NCBI GenBank assembly: GCA_965220695.1
Contig: OZ244838.1
Span: 2,623,274 to 2,687,273 of the forward strand
Source of the DNA: Vicinamibacterales bacterium
Lineage (GTDB): Bacteria > Acidobacteriota > Vicinamibacteria > Vicinamibacterales > UBA8438
Reading direction: 5' to 3'
Length of the DNA stretch: 64,000 nt
Shown here piece after piece: positions 9,053 to 19,184 of this stretch. Within the stretch, counting starts at the first letter, position 1. Every line of letters starts with the position of its first letter. Made by a program: the position numbers and the translations under genes. Under the pieces are notes generated by a model. The model was not told the origin of the DNA and made no database searches. It saw nothing but the letters and a program-made list of their open reading frames with translations.

Positions 9053-9997
9053 ATGACGCATCCTTCAGACACCCCCGCGCTCCAATGCCGCCAACTGGTG
9101 AAGCGGTTCGCCGAGACGACCGCCGTGGACCGGCTCGACCTCACCGTGCCGCCGGGGACCATTTTCGGACTGCTTGGTCCGAACGGCTCCGGCAAGACCT
9201 CGACGATCCGCACCGCGCTGGGCATCTACGTACCTGACGGCGGGACGATCGAGGTCCTCGGGTCGCGCGACCCGCTGGCGGTGCGCGGGCGCGTCGGCTA
9301 CCTGCCCGAGGAGCGCGGACTCTACGCCAAGATGAAGGTCGGCGAACAGCTCGCGTTCCTGGCGTCCATCCGCGATCTCGACCAGCCGGAATCGCACCGC
9401 CGGGCGGGCGCCTGGCTCGAACGGATCGGATTGGCCGCCAACACGCACTCCCTGACGGGCGAGCTGTCGAAAGGCATGCAGCAGAAGGTCCAGTTCGCGG
9501 CAGCGGTCCTGCACGACCCGGAACTGATCGTGTTGGACGAACCGTTCTCCGGGCTCGACCCGGTCAACGCGAAACTGCTCCAGGAGTTGATTCTGGAACA
9601 GCGGGCGCGCGGCGCCACCGTCATCCTGTCGACGCACCGGATGGAGCAGGTGGAAGCGCTGTGCGAGTCGATCTGCCTGATTCACCAGGGACGACCGGTG
9701 CTCGCCGGCAACCTGGCGGAGATCAAGGCCGGATACGGCCGCAACACCGTGGCCGTCGAGTACCGCGGCGCCGCCGGCGCCCTCGACGATCTCGACGGGG
9801 TCCGCCGGTGTGACGATACCGGTCAGGAAGCGCGTCTCGAGTTGGCGCCGGAGACCGACGGACAGGCGGTGATCCGCGCCGTGCTCGACCGGGTCAGCGT
9901 CCAGAGCGTGCGGCTGGAGCATCCCCACATCGAAGAGATTTACCTGGAGACGGTCGGCCGCGACGGTGCGGGCGCGCAGGAGGTGGTCGCGCAATGA
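9053..9997 (+). CDS. ABC transporter ATP-binding protein
   Basis: Walker A GPNGSGKTS, signature LSKGMQQK, Walker B LIVLDEP. Confidence 0.85.
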   Translation: MTHPSDTPALQCRQLVKRFAETTAVDRLDLTVPPGTIFGLLGPNGSGKTSTIRTALGIYVPDGGTIEVLGSRDPLAVRGRVGYLPEERGLYAKMKVGEQLAFLASIRDLDQPESHRRAGAWLERIGLAANTHSLTGELSKGMQQKVQFAAAVLHDPELIVLDEPFSGLDPVNAKLLQELILEQRARGATVILSTHRMEQVEALCESICLIHQGRPVLAGNLAEIKAGYGRNTVAVEYRGAAGALDDLDGVRRCDDTGQEARLELAPETDGQAVIRAVLDRVSVQSVRLEHPHIEEIYLETVGRDGAGAQEVVAQ

Positions 9998-11268
9998 ACC
10001 TGACCCAGGTGCTGAAGATCGCCCGCCGCGAGTATCTCGCCCGGGTGCGGAGCCGCGCGTTCATCCTCATGACGATCCTGGTGCCGGCGCTCATGGCCGG
10101 CTACATGCTCGTCATGCCCATCCTCTTCTCGAACACGGGCACGGACGAGCTGAGGATCGCGGTGGTCGACGCCGAGACCGGGCTGGCCGCCGCGCTGGGG
10201 GAACATCTCGGCCGTATCGACCGGCCGCGCATCACGGTCACCACACAGACCACGGTGCCGGATGGGTCGGACGCGTCGAGGGCGCCGTTCACCGCCGGCG
10301 TCCGGGAGGGGCAGATCGACGGCTACCTGCTGCTGCGCCCGGACCCCGACATCGTCGCCCGCGGCCGCTACTACGCCCGCGAGACCGGCAACCCGACCGT
10401 GATGAGCGAGCTGGAGCGAGCCGTGGAAGCGGCAGTCCTCGATCGCCTGCTCGTCGACACCGGGGTCGATGTCGCGCAGGTGCGGGCGTTGCAGCGCTCC
10501 TCGCTGGACACGGTCACCGTATCGGAGGAGGGAGAGTCCGAGGCCGGTTTCGCGGTCGCGTTCTTCAGTACGCTTGCCCTGGCGATGCTGCTCTACATGG
10601 CGATCATGATCAACGGACAAGGCATGGCGATGGCGATCGTCGAAGAGAAGGCGTCGCGGCTGATCGAGGTCATCCTCGGCGCCGTCACCGCCGGCGAGTT
10701 CATGACCGGGAAGATTCTGGGCGTGCTCGGATCCGGACTGACGCAACTCGCCGTCTGGGTCGGCGCGGCGCTGGTCGGCCTGCTCTACGCGCTGCCGACG
10801 CTGTCGCTGTCCGCCGACCTCGGCGGCGTCGATCTGAGCGCGATCCTGAACCTGCAGTTGATCGGCTACTACTCCATTTTCTTCACGCTCGGCTACTTCC
10901 TGTACTCGATCATGTTCGCCGCCATCGCCGCCACCTGCACCAGCACCGAAGAACTGTCACAATCGATGTTCGCTGCCGTGCTGCCGCTCGTCGTGGCCCT
11001 GATGTCGAGCTTCTACGTCGTCGCGAACCCGGCCACCACGGCGGCGCGGGTGCTCAGTCTGCTGCCGCCGTTCACCCCGCTGGTCATGCCGGCCCGCATC
11101 AACGTGCTGCCGCCCCCGCTCTGGGAGATCTGGTTGGGTATCGGCCTGCTGGTCCTCGGCATCGCGGCGTCCGGCTGGCTGGCCGCCAAGATCTTCCGCT
11201 TTGCGCTGCTCATGCATGGCAAGCGGCCCACGCTGCCCGATCTGCTGGGCGTCCTGCGGGCCTCGTGA
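9994..11268 (+). CDS. ABC-2 type transporter permease
   Basis: ATGA overlap with the ATPase gene. 424 aa with an N-terminal TM segment, a large loop, then a cluster of 5 TM segments. Confidence 0.75.
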   Translation: MNLTQVLKIARREYLARVRSRAFILMTILVPALMAGYMLVMPILFSNTGTDELRIAVVDAETGLAAALGEHLGRIDRPRITVTTQTTVPDGSDASRAPFTAGVREGQIDGYLLLRPDPDIVARGRYYARETGNPTVMSELERAVEAAVLDRLLVDTGVDVAQVRALQRSSLDTVTVSEEGESEAGFAVAFFSTLALAMLLYMAIMINGQGMAMAIVEEKASRLIEVILGAVTAGEFMTGKILGVLGSGLTQLAVWVGAALVGLLYALPTLSLSADLGGVDLSAILNLQLIGYYSIFFTLGYFLYSIMFAAIAATCTSTEELSQSMFAAVLPLVVALMSSFYVVANPATTAARVLSLLPPFTPLVMPARINVLPPPLWEIWLGIGLLVLGIAASGWLAAKIFRFALLMHGKRPTLPDLLGVLRAS

Positions 11269-11428
11269 ACCCGGTCCTGCCTCCCGGCCGGCCGGACAAA
11301 TGCCACGGGGCTTTGGCGGCGGACTGGTATGATGCTGTCTGCATTGCGCCGCCGGGACCGCGCGTTTGTCCGTTCAGGTGTCGTCCCGCACGGTCGCGCG
11401 AGGCCGCAGACCGAAGAGGACCGATGTC

Positions 11429-13381
11429 ATGAGAGTGCTGCCGATACCGACCTGCCTGACCGTGGCGCTGCTGAGCGTCGCGGGATCCGCCGCCGCCCAG
11501 GAGCCCTCGACCGCCAACGGCGAGTGGCCCTCCTATGGAGGCAACCTGACCCACGACCGCTACTCGCCGCTCGATCAGATCGCGGCCGACAACTTCAGCG
11601 ATCTGGAGCTGGCCTGGCGGTTCAACACGGACAACCTCGGCCCGCGGCCGGAGAACAACTACCAGTCGACCCCCCTGATGGTGAACGGCATCCTCTACGT
11701 CACGGCCGGGTCCAGACGCGCCGCGGTCGCGCTCGATCCGGAGACCGGCGAGCTGCTCTGGATGCATCGCGTCGACGAAGGAGAACGTGGAGCGACCGCC
11801 CCACGCCGGCTGTCCGGCCGCGGACTCACCTACTGGAACGACGGGGCGGACGGCGTCATCCTGTATGTCACCCCCGGGTACCAGCTCGTCGCCCTGAATG
11901 CGCTCACGGGGCACCGCATGGAGGGTTTCGGCGACGGCGGCATCCTCGACCTGAAACAGAACATCGACCAGGACCTCGAACCGACCTCGGAGATCGGGCT
12001 GCATGCCGCCCCCATCGTGGCCGGCAACACGATCATCGTCGGAGCGGCGCATCTGCCCGGCGGGGCGCCGCCCTCCCGCACCAACGTCAAGGGCTTTATC
12101 CGGGGCTTCGACGTCCGGACCGGCGACCGCAAGTGGATCTTCCATACGATTCCGAACGGCGACGAATTCGGCAACGACACCTGGGGCGACGGGTCCTGGC
12201 GCTACACCGGCAACACCGGGGTCTGGGCCCAGATGACCATCGACCCCGAGCTGAACATGGCCTATTTCCCGGTCGAGGCGCCGACCGGTGACTACTACGG
12301 CGGGCACCGTCCCGGCGACAACCTCTTCTCCGGCAGTGTCGTGGCGGTCGATCTGGATACCGGCGAGCGGGCCTGGCATTACCAGACGGTGCACCACGAC
12401 ATCTGGGACTGGGACCTGCCGGCGGCCCCGGTGCTGCTGGACATCACCGTCGACGGGCGCGACATCAAGGCGCTCATCCAGCCGACAAAGCAGAACTACA
12501 TGTTCGTGCTCGACCGCCAGACCGGTGAACCGATCTGGCCGATTCCGGAGGTGCCGGTCCAGGCGGGCGACGTACCGGGCGAGTGGTACGCGCCGACGCA
12601 GCCGATTCCCAGCAAACCGCCGCCGGTCGACGAAATCGACCTGAACGAGGATCTCCTCGTCGACTACACGCCCGAGATGCGGCAACGCGCCGGGGAGATC
12701 TACGCCAGGCACACGATCGGCTGGCTGTACGACCCGCCTACCGTGGCGCGGCCCGACATGCTGGGCACCCTGCAGCTTCCGAACTCGACGGGCGGCGTGA
12801 ACTGGCCCGGGGGAGCGGCCGACCCCGAAACGGGGTTCTTCTACATCTACACGAAGACCCAGATCGGGGCGCTCGGGCTGGTCAACGACCCGGACCGCTC
12901 GGACATGGACTTCATTCGCGGCCGGCCCGACGGGGTCGGCTTCCGGGACGCGTCGACCAGTATCGACGGCTTCCCGATGATCAAGCCGCCCTGGGGCCGG
13001 ATCACCGCCATCGACATGAACGTCGGCGAGATCGCCTGGCAGATTCCGCACGGCGAGGCCCCTGACAACATCCGCAACCACCCGCTGCTCGGTGGTCGGG
13101 ACATCGGGCGGACCGGGTGGCCCGGTCGCGTCGGCGTGCTGGTGACGAAGAACCTGATCGTTGCCGGAGAATCGGGGAGCTACACCACGGAGACGGGTGA
13201 CACCGGTGCGATGCTGCGCGCCTACGACAAGGCGACCGGCGAAGAGGTGGGGGCGGTTTACATGACCGCTCCGCAGTCTGGATCACCCATGACCTATGCG
13301 GTTGACGGCCAGCAGTACATCGTGGTGGCCACCAGCGGCGGCGGTCAGTCGGGCACGCTGCTCGCCTATACGCTGCCCTGA
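11429..13381 (+). CDS. PQQ-dependent (quinoprotein) dehydrogenase
   Basis: Start at MRVLPIPTCLTVALLSVAGSAAAQ (signal peptide) with GAAGAGGA RBS. 'EWPSYGGNLTHDRYSPLDQI' and repeated W-motif propeller blades. Confidence 0.75.
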   Translation: MRVLPIPTCLTVALLSVAGSAAAQEPSTANGEWPSYGGNLTHDRYSPLDQIAADNFSDLELAWRFNTDNLGPRPENNYQSTPLMVNGILYVTAGSRRAAVALDPETGELLWMHRVDEGERGATAPRRLSGRGLTYWNDGADGVILYVTPGYQLVALNALTGHRMEGFGDGGILDLKQNIDQDLEPTSEIGLHAAPIVAGNTIIVGAAHLPGGAPPSRTNVKGFIRGFDVRTGDRKWIFHTIPNGDEFGNDTWGDGSWRYTGNTGVWAQMTIDPELNMAYFPVEAPTGDYYGGHRPGDNLFSGSVVAVDLDTGERAWHYQTVHHDIWDWDLPAAPVLLDITVDGRDIKALIQPTKQNYMFVLDRQTGEPIWPIPEVPVQAGDVPGEWYAPTQPIPSKPPPVDEIDLNEDLLVDYTPEMRQRAGEIYARHTIGWLYDPPTVARPDMLGTLQLPNSTGGVNWPGGAADPETGFFYIYTKTQIGALGLVNDPDRSDMDFIRGRPDGVGFRDASTSIDGFPMIKPPWGRITAIDMNVGEIAWQIPHGEAPDNIRNHPLLGGRDIGRTGWPGRVGVLVTKNLIVAGESGSYTTETGDTGAMLRAYDKATGEEVGAVYMTAPQSGSPMTYAVDGQQYIVVATSGGGQSGTLLAYTLP

Positions 13382-13501
13382 CGCAGCCCGCTCGACCGTC
13401 GGTCCACACGCGCAACGCCGATCCGGCGTCGGACGCGTGCCGCAGGCGCCGGCGCGGACGTCCGCGCCGGTCGACCGTCGCTCGAGCGGGCCGTCTCCTC
13501 C

Positions 13502-14941
13502 ATGACCATGACCGCGACGCGGCCGAGCTTCTACGCCAACGTCTCCCGCACCTTCGATCACGCCGCCGCCTTCGGCGACTATCCCCCTGGTCTGCTGGAC
13601 CAGATCAAGCGCTGCAACGCGGTCTATCTCATGGAGTTCCCGTTGCGCCGCGCCGACGGGAGCATCGACGTCATACGGGCCTGGCGCGCCGAGCACAGTC
13701 ATCACCGCCTGCCGCTGAAGGGCGGCATCCGCTACAGCCCGCAGGTCAACCAGGACGAGGTCACGGCGCTGGCCACGCTCATGACCTTCAAGTGCGCGAT
13801 CGTGGATGTCCCGTTCGGCGGCGCGAAGGGCGCGGTGCAGATTGACACCAGCACCTGCACGGATGACGAGATCGAACGGCTGACCCGGCGTTACACGCAC
13901 GAGCTCGTGAAGAAGAACTTCATTGGCCCCGCCCTCGACGTGCCGGCGCCGGATTTCGGGACCGGGAGCCGCGAAATGGCCTGGATCGCCGACACCTACA
14001 TGCAGCTCCGGCCGAACCAGATCGACGCCCTCGGCTGCGTGACCGGCAAACCGGTGGACGAGGGCGGTATTCATGGACGGACCGAGGCGACCGGCCGCGG
14101 GGTCTTCTACGCGCTGCGGGAAGTCTGCGCGCACGCCGCAGACATGCAGCGGCTCGGACTCGCCCCCGGTATCGAAGGCAAGCGTGTCGTGGTGCAGGGG
14201 TTCGGCAAGGTCGGCTACTGGGTGGCGCGGTTCTGCGAAGAGGGGGGCGCACGCATCGTGGGCCTCGCCGAGCGCGACGGCGCCATCGCCAACCCCGGGG
14301 GGTTCGACCTGGAACAGGTCAAGCAGCACCGCGACGCCACCGGCTCGCTGCTGCACTTCGCGGGCGCCGACACGCTGTCCCGTTCAGCCGATGTGCTGGA
14401 ACTCGACTGCGACGTCCTGATTCCGGCCGCCCTGGAAGGTCAGATCACCGCCAGCAACGCCGCCCGGATTCGCGCCCGCATCGTGGTGGAGGGCGCCAAC
14501 GGCCCGACCACCCCGGAGGCGGACGAGATACTCCACGACCGGGGCGTCCTTATCGTCCCCGACATCTACGCCAACGCGGGCGGTGTGATCGTGTCGTACT
14601 TCGAGTGGCTCAAGAACCTCTCCCACGTCGGCTTCGGCCGGCTCGAGAAGCGCTATCAGGAAAGCGCGTACGGCCGCCTGCTCTCGACGATCGAGTCTGC
14701 GACCGGCACGACGATCACCGCCGACGAGCGTCGAGCCGTCATTCGCGGCGCAGACGAGTTGACCGTCGTGAACTCCGGACTTGAAGAGATCATGGCGGTC
14801 GCCTACGGCGAGATTCGCGATGGGCGTCTTTCCCTGACCCTGCTCCGCAGACTGCGCGGCGGCGACCAGCGTCACCAGCGGCAGCGGGCGCAAAATCTCC
14901 TCGACCGGAGATACGTTCGCTGCGCATGGCCGCCATGGTGA
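13502..14941 (+). CDS. glutamate dehydrogenase (GLUD1-like Glu/Leu/Phe/Val dehydrogenase), 3' end frame-disrupted
   Basis: 'KGGIRYSP', 'FGGAKGAV' and '[16 protein letters not shown]' motifs. The called tail after ...AYGEIRD is not GDH-like. The conserved C-terminus lies in another frame, ending at 14994 (see findings). Confidence 0.85.
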   Translation: MTMTATRPSFYANVSRTFDHAAAFGDYPPGLLDQIKRCNAVYLMEFPLRRADGSIDVIRAWRAEHSHHRLPLKGGIRYSPQVNQDEVTALATLMTFKCAIVDVPFGGAKGAVQIDTSTCTDDEIERLTRRYTHELVKKNFIGPALDVPAPDFGTGSREMAWIADTYMQLRPNQIDALGCVTGKPVDEGGIHGRTEATGRGVFYALREVCAHAADMQRLGLAPGIEGKRVVVQGFGKVGYWVARFCEEGGARIVGLAERDGAIANPGGFDLEQVKQHRDATGSLLHFAGADTLSRSADVLELDCDVLIPAALEGQITASNAARIRARIVVEGANGPTTPEADEILHDRGVLIVPDIYANAGGVIVSYFEWLKNLSHVGFGRLEKRYQESAYGRLLSTIESATGTTITADERRAVIRGADELTVVNSGLEEIMAVAYGEIRDGRLSLTLLRRLRGGDQRHQRQRAQNLLDRRYVRCAWPPW

Positions 14942-14993
14942 ACGCCATCGACAAGGTGGCGCGATCGTATCTGTCAATGGGCGTCTTTCCCTG

Positions 14994-15191
14994 ACAGCCC
15001 GTGGCAAAAGCCCCGCTGCATTCTGCGTTTTCCGGTAGACGCACAGGGCAACCACAAGGGTTGCCCCTACCCTTCTTGCTCAGAACCGGGCAACCACAAG
15101 GGTTGCCCCTACAGGTATGCTCCCTCGTCGCGCCTTGCCACGCGGGCGCATCGCCGATCTCGGTGCAACGCGGGGTTTCACCACGGGCTGC
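14994..15191 (+). mobile_element. MITE-like element, copy C (198 bp) carrying two REP-like hairpins
   Basis: ACAGCCCGTGGCAAAAGCCCCGCTGCA ... TGCAACGCGGGGTTTCACCACGGGCTGC ends. TG on both flanks (14992-93 and 15192-93). The left flank overlaps the TGA of the GDH conserved frame. Confidence 0.8.
15046..15112. repeat. two direct copies of a 25-nt hairpin unit GGGCAACCACAAGGGTTGCCCCTAC
   Basis: Units at 15046-15070 and 15088-15112. Each has an 8-bp stem GGGCAACC/GGTTGCCC. Related units occur at 50426 and 50538. Confidence 0.8.
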
Positions 15192-15495
15192 TGAACACTC
15201 GGAAACAGTGGTTCCCTGGCGAAGACCGACACGGCAACACAGTTATGTTGCCCAGTACACGGCAGATGGGCGCTGCAGTGACGGGCGCGACGGGGTGGAC
15301 GGGCTCCATGCGTGACAGGTGCGTACGCCGATTGGTCACCTACCTCCGGCGGCAGCGATACTCCGAATGGCCAAACACACCGCGCGATCAGGTGCTCTTC
15401 GTCCGGGCTGCCATTCGCCGTTGCACACACCGCGCTACTCGCTGTGATCGGAACCGGATAGAACGCCAGCTATTGTGCGAGGGAGGGATTCTTCA

Positions 15496-16329
15496 ATGTA
15501 CGACACCATCCAGTACACCGTCGACGAGCCGATCGCGACGATCACCCTGAACCGCCCGGACCGGCTCAACGCCCTGACCGGCCAGATGCTGGCCGAACTG
15601 CAGCAGGCGGTGGCGGCCGCGGAGGCAGACGAACGGGCGGTGGCGATCCTCCTGACCGGCGCCGGCCGCGGGTTCTGCGCGGGCGCCGACATGGCGCGCC
15701 TGCAAGCCACCTCGCAGGGCAAGACCCGCTCGTCGGTCGCGTTCGAACCGGGCGAGAAACCGGGTGACTACGACATGCTCGGCGAGGGCTACCGGCAGGG
15801 GCACGCCTATCTGCTGGCGGTCCGCAAGCCGATCGTGGCGGCCGTCAACGGACCGTGCGCCGGACTGGGGTTCGTCATCGCGATGCTGTGCGACATCCGG
15901 TTCGCATCGGACCGCGCCCTCTTCACCACGGCGTTTGCGCAGCGGGGACTGGTGGCCGAACATGGGGTCAGTTGGATCCTGCCGCGTCTGATCGGGCCGG
16001 CGCGCGCCCTGGACATCCTCCTCACCGGGCGCAAGTTCGATGGCGCGGAAGCGGAGCGGCTCGGTGTGGTGAACCGGATGATCCCGCACGACCGCCTCCT
16101 GAGCTACGCGCGCGAGTATCTGACGGCGATGGCGGCCACCGCGGCGCCGAAGTCGCTGCAGACCATGAAACATCAGGTCTACAAGCATCTCGACGCGCCG
16201 CTGGGCGGCGCGTTGCGAGAATCGATGGCGTTGATGGAACGCAGCCTGCGGGATGCCGACTTCAAGGAAGGGGTCGACTCGTATCTCGAGAAACGCCCGC
16301 CGCGTTTCGCGCGGGTCACCGTCGGCTGA
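15496..16329 (+). CDS. enoyl-CoA hydratase/isomerase family protein
   Basis: GAGGGAGGGA RBS. 'ITLNRPDRLNAL...GAGRGFCAGADM' crotonase signature. Confidence 0.85.
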   Translation: MYDTIQYTVDEPIATITLNRPDRLNALTGQMLAELQQAVAAAEADERAVAILLTGAGRGFCAGADMARLQATSQGKTRSSVAFEPGEKPGDYDMLGEGYRQGHAYLLAVRKPIVAAVNGPCAGLGFVIAMLCDIRFASDRALFTTAFAQRGLVAEHGVSWILPRLIGPARALDILLTGRKFDGAEAERLGVVNRMIPHDRLLSYAREYLTAMAATAAPKSLQTMKHQVYKHLDAPLGGALRESMALMERSLRDADFKEGVDSYLEKRPPRFARVTVG

Positions 16330-16409
16330 CCGTCCCAGATGCGCGTCCCGCGGCAGACAACCGGCGCAGCAGCCCGGCGACCGGACGCGCGCGGCCCCGG
16401 CCGCTCGCG

Positions 16410-17657
16410 CTAGCGCAGATCGATCGCGACCAGCGTGTCGCCGTTGCGCGCATAGAGGCGGCCGTCGGCCAGGGCCGGATAGGCCCGCACGACGCCGGGG
16501 AGGATCGCGGCCCCGGCGAGCGGCCGGAACCCGTCGGGCGAGGCATCCGCCAGCAACAACTCACCCGATTCGCGCAGAATCACGAGACGGCCCCCGGCGA
16601 GGGTGATCGATCCGGCGCCGAAGCGCTCCTCGCTCCAGCGCACCTCGCCGGTCCGCAGGTCGACCGCGCGCAGGCTCGGTCCGTACTCCTGGCGGCCGTG
16701 GTAGCCGTACAGCACGCCGTCGCGCACCACGGCGGTGGCGTAGTGATTCGTCATGCTGTCGTCCCCGGCCCACTCCTCGACCAGCGCCGACCCCTCGACC
16801 CGGAACAGCGCGGCGCCGGTGCCGTAGCTGGAGGAGATGAAGATTCGCTCGCCGACCACCAGCGGTGTCGCCGCGTTGACCGACGCGCCCAACCGCGACC
16901 GCCAGCGGCGCTCGAACAGGACGGCGCCCGATTCGGGGTCGAGACCGACCAGCCCGGTCCGCGTGAAGAAGAGCGCGTGCCGGCGCCCCCCGAAGTTGGC
17001 GCCCACCGGCGACGAATAGCTCGCCTCGTCGGTCGTTGCGGTCCAGAGTTCGGCGCCGGTCCGCGCGTCGAACGCCACGATACCGCCGCGCCGCCCGCCG
17101 ACGTTGGCGATCAGCCGCCCGTCCTCGACCAGCGGCGAGCCGGCGGCGCCAAAGAAGCCCTTGGCGACGGCGTAGCGCGCGTGGGTATCCACGTTCCAGG
17201 CGCCCGCACCTGTCTCGAGGTCCACGGCGTGCAGTTGGCCCTGAGCGCCGAACACGTAGACCCGGCCGCCGGCGACGACCGGCACCGACCGCGGCCCTTC
17301 GTCGAACCCGAAGTCATCCCGGTAGGTCGTCGGGTAGTCGTAGCGCCAGATCGTCTCTCCCGACTCGACCGACAGCGCCTCGACCACTTCGCTGGCCCCG
17401 ACGCGGTGGAACAGGATGACGCGGTCACCCACCACCGCCGGCCCGGCGAACCCGGCGCCGACCGGCCGCTGCCACAGCCGCGCCGGGCCCTCCGCGGGCC
17501 ACACCTCCGCAAGCTGCACGCCGGAATACGTCCCGTTGCGCGTCGGCCCGAGAATCTGCGGCCAGTCCTGGGCCACGAGCGCGACCCCCGCCAACCGCAC
17601 AGCCGCGACCGCCGCGCCAACGCCGAAGATGAGCATCAACCGCCTGCGTGGTGTCAT
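16410..17657 (-). CDS. secreted PQQ-like beta-propeller repeat protein (paralog 1)
   Basis: Signal peptide. 'DWPQILGP' start, then repeated 'G...W' blades. Paralogous to the genes at 19185 and 21555. Confidence 0.7.
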   Translation of the reverse strand: MTPRRRLMLIFGVGAAVAAVRLAGVALVAQDWPQILGPTRNGTYSGVQLAEVWPAEGPARLWQRPVGAGFAGPAVVGDRVILFHRVGASEVVEALSVESGETIWRYDYPTTYRDDFGFDEGPRSVPVVAGGRVYVFGAQGQLHAVDLETGAGAWNVDTHARYAVAKGFFGAAGSPLVEDGRLIANVGGRRGGIVAFDARTGAELWTATTDEASYSSPVGANFGGRRHALFFTRTGLVGLDPESGAVLFERRWRSRLGASVNAATPLVVGERIFISSSYGTGAALFRVEGSALVEEWAGDDSMTNHYATAVVRDGVLYGYHGRQEYGPSLRAVDLRTGEVRWSEERFGAGSITLAGGRLVILRESGELLLADASPDGFRPLAGAAILPGVVRAYPALADGRLYARNGDTLVAIDLR

Positions 17658-17673
17658 CGGGGTTCAGTCTCCT

Positions 17674-18219
17674 TCAGCGGTAGCCGGGGTCGGTCGCCAG
17701 AACGGCATAGACCGAGTGGTCGACCCAGTGATCGTACAGCCACTCCGCGTCCCGGAGTTGCCCTTCGAGGCGGAACCCCAGACGCTGCGGCACGGCGCGG
17801 CTCCGATGGTTGTCGACCGCGCACCGTATCTCGATGCGATGCAGCCCCATCACACCGAAACCGTAGGCCACGAGCCGGCGGCACGCCGCCGTGACCAGCC
17901 CCTGGCCCTGGAACTCCTCGCCCACCCAGTACCCGAGCGCGGTCGCCCGGTTTCGCCAGTCGATGCGATGATGTCCGATGACCCCCGCGATCTGGCCCCG
18001 CCACATGAGCGCCGCCTGAAAGCCGTTGTTGTCACGCACCTGGACGAGCGTGGCGCGAATGAAACCGCGCGTGTCCTCGACCCTCCGGATACCGTCCAAC
18101 CACGGCAGCCAGCGGCGCAGGTAGGCGCGATTGCGATCGGTCAACCGAAACAACTCGTCGGCGTGACGCATCTCGAGTGTGCACAGGTAGAATTCGTCAT
18201 TGATCGCGAGCGTCGGCAT
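17674..18219 (-). CDS. GNAT family N-acetyltransferase (RimJ/RimL-like)
   Basis: Start at MPTLAINDEF. 'LGYWVGEEFQGQGLVTAACRRLVAYGF...LHRIEIRCAVDN.RS.AV..RLGF'. Confidence 0.8.
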   Translation of the reverse strand: MPTLAINDEFYLCTLEMRHADELFRLTDRNRAYLRRWLPWLDGIRRVEDTRGFIRATLVQVRDNNGFQAALMWRGQIAGVIGHHRIDWRNRATALGYWVGEEFQGQGLVTAACRRLVAYGFGVMGLHRIEIRCAVDNHRSRAVPQRLGFRLEGQLRDAEWLYDHWVDHSVYAVLATDPGYR

Positions 18220-18337
18220 TTGGTGAGCGGCGCGATTATATCGTGCGGTCAACACCGGTCCGACAACCCTCTTTTTTTGCCACACGCCGCCAGATGACGT
18301 AGCCTTGTCCTGATACGCGGACCACGGAGTCAACTCG

Positions 18338-19177
18338 ATGACTGTGCCACGGCGTCGTCTCGCTCGCGGACTTGCCTTGCTCGTCGCGATCGCCTGCCTG
18401 TCGGTGCTGGCAGGGACCTCCAGCGCACAGTATTTCAGCGAAGGCCGGATGCCCCCGCGCTACCCGCCCGCGTCGATGCCGGACCGGGACTTCGCGTTCT
18501 GCAAGCTCTCCTACACCAGCGTCAGATACGAAGACCTCGGCATGGGGTGGCGGACCGACTATCCGTATGCCGGCATCAACCTGATGATCCGTTTCTCCGA
18601 GCTGACGATGGCCCCGGTGAGCACGGACCGGCGGGGCGAGCCGAACCACTGGGTCGTCGAACTGACGGACCGTGAGCTGTTCAACTGTCCGTTCCTCATG
18701 GCCTCCGACGTCGGCACCATCGGTCTGAGCCGCGCGGAAGCGGACCAGCTCCGGACCTACCTGCTCAAGGGCGGGTTCCTCTGGGTCGACGACTTCTGGG
18801 GTACGCGCGCCTGGCAGCACTGGAGTTCCGAGATCGCGAAGGTGCTGCCCCCGACGGAGTATCCAATCTACGACCTGCCGCCGGATCATCCGGTGTTTCG
18901 CACGCTGTCGTATGTCGAGAAGGTGCCGCAGATCACCGCCATCCAGTTCTGGGGATGGAACCGTGGGACGACGTCCGAGCGCGGTCTCGACAGCGCCGAA
19001 GCTCACCTGCGGGCGATCACCGACGAGAGCGGCCGCGTCCTCGTGCTGATGTCCCACAACACCGACGTCGCTGACGCCTGGGAGCGGGAAGGTGAAGATC
19101 CGCTGTACTTCAAGCAGTTCTCGCCGGACGGGTACGGACTCGGCATCAACGTCCTGCTCTACGCGATGAGCCACTAG
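18338..19177 (+). CDS. DUF4159 domain-containing secreted protein
   Basis: Signal peptide. 'LF.CPFLMASDVG...LS..E...LR.YL.KGGFLWVDDFWG' and 'DHP.F' match my recollection of the DUF4159 pattern. Confidence 0.6.
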   Translation: MTVPRRRLARGLALLVAIACLSVLAGTSSAQYFSEGRMPPRYPPASMPDRDFAFCKLSYTSVRYEDLGMGWRTDYPYAGINLMIRFSELTMAPVSTDRRGEPNHWVVELTDRELFNCPFLMASDVGTIGLSRAEADQLRTYLLKGGFLWVDDFWGTRAWQHWSSEIAKVLPPTEYPIYDLPPDHPVFRTLSYVEKVPQITAIQFWGWNRGTTSERGLDSAEAHLRAITDESGRVLVLMSHNTDVADAWEREGEDPLYFKQFSPDGYGLGINVLLYAMSH

Positions 19178-19184
19178 CCGCATC

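Noticed and set aside
13451-13468. 18-nt perfect palindrome GGCGCGGACGTCCGCGCC (and the 13415-13429 hairpin) as a terminator of the PQQ-dehydrogenase gene
   Set aside because: There is no downstream T-tract. GC-rich palindromes of this size are common in this DNA. It could equally be an operator for the GDH gene.
15245-15550. 101-aa ORF between MITE copy C and the enoyl-CoA hydratase gene
   Set aside because: Arg/Thr-rich translation with no RBS or family motifs. It overlaps the well-supported start and RBS of the hydratase gene.
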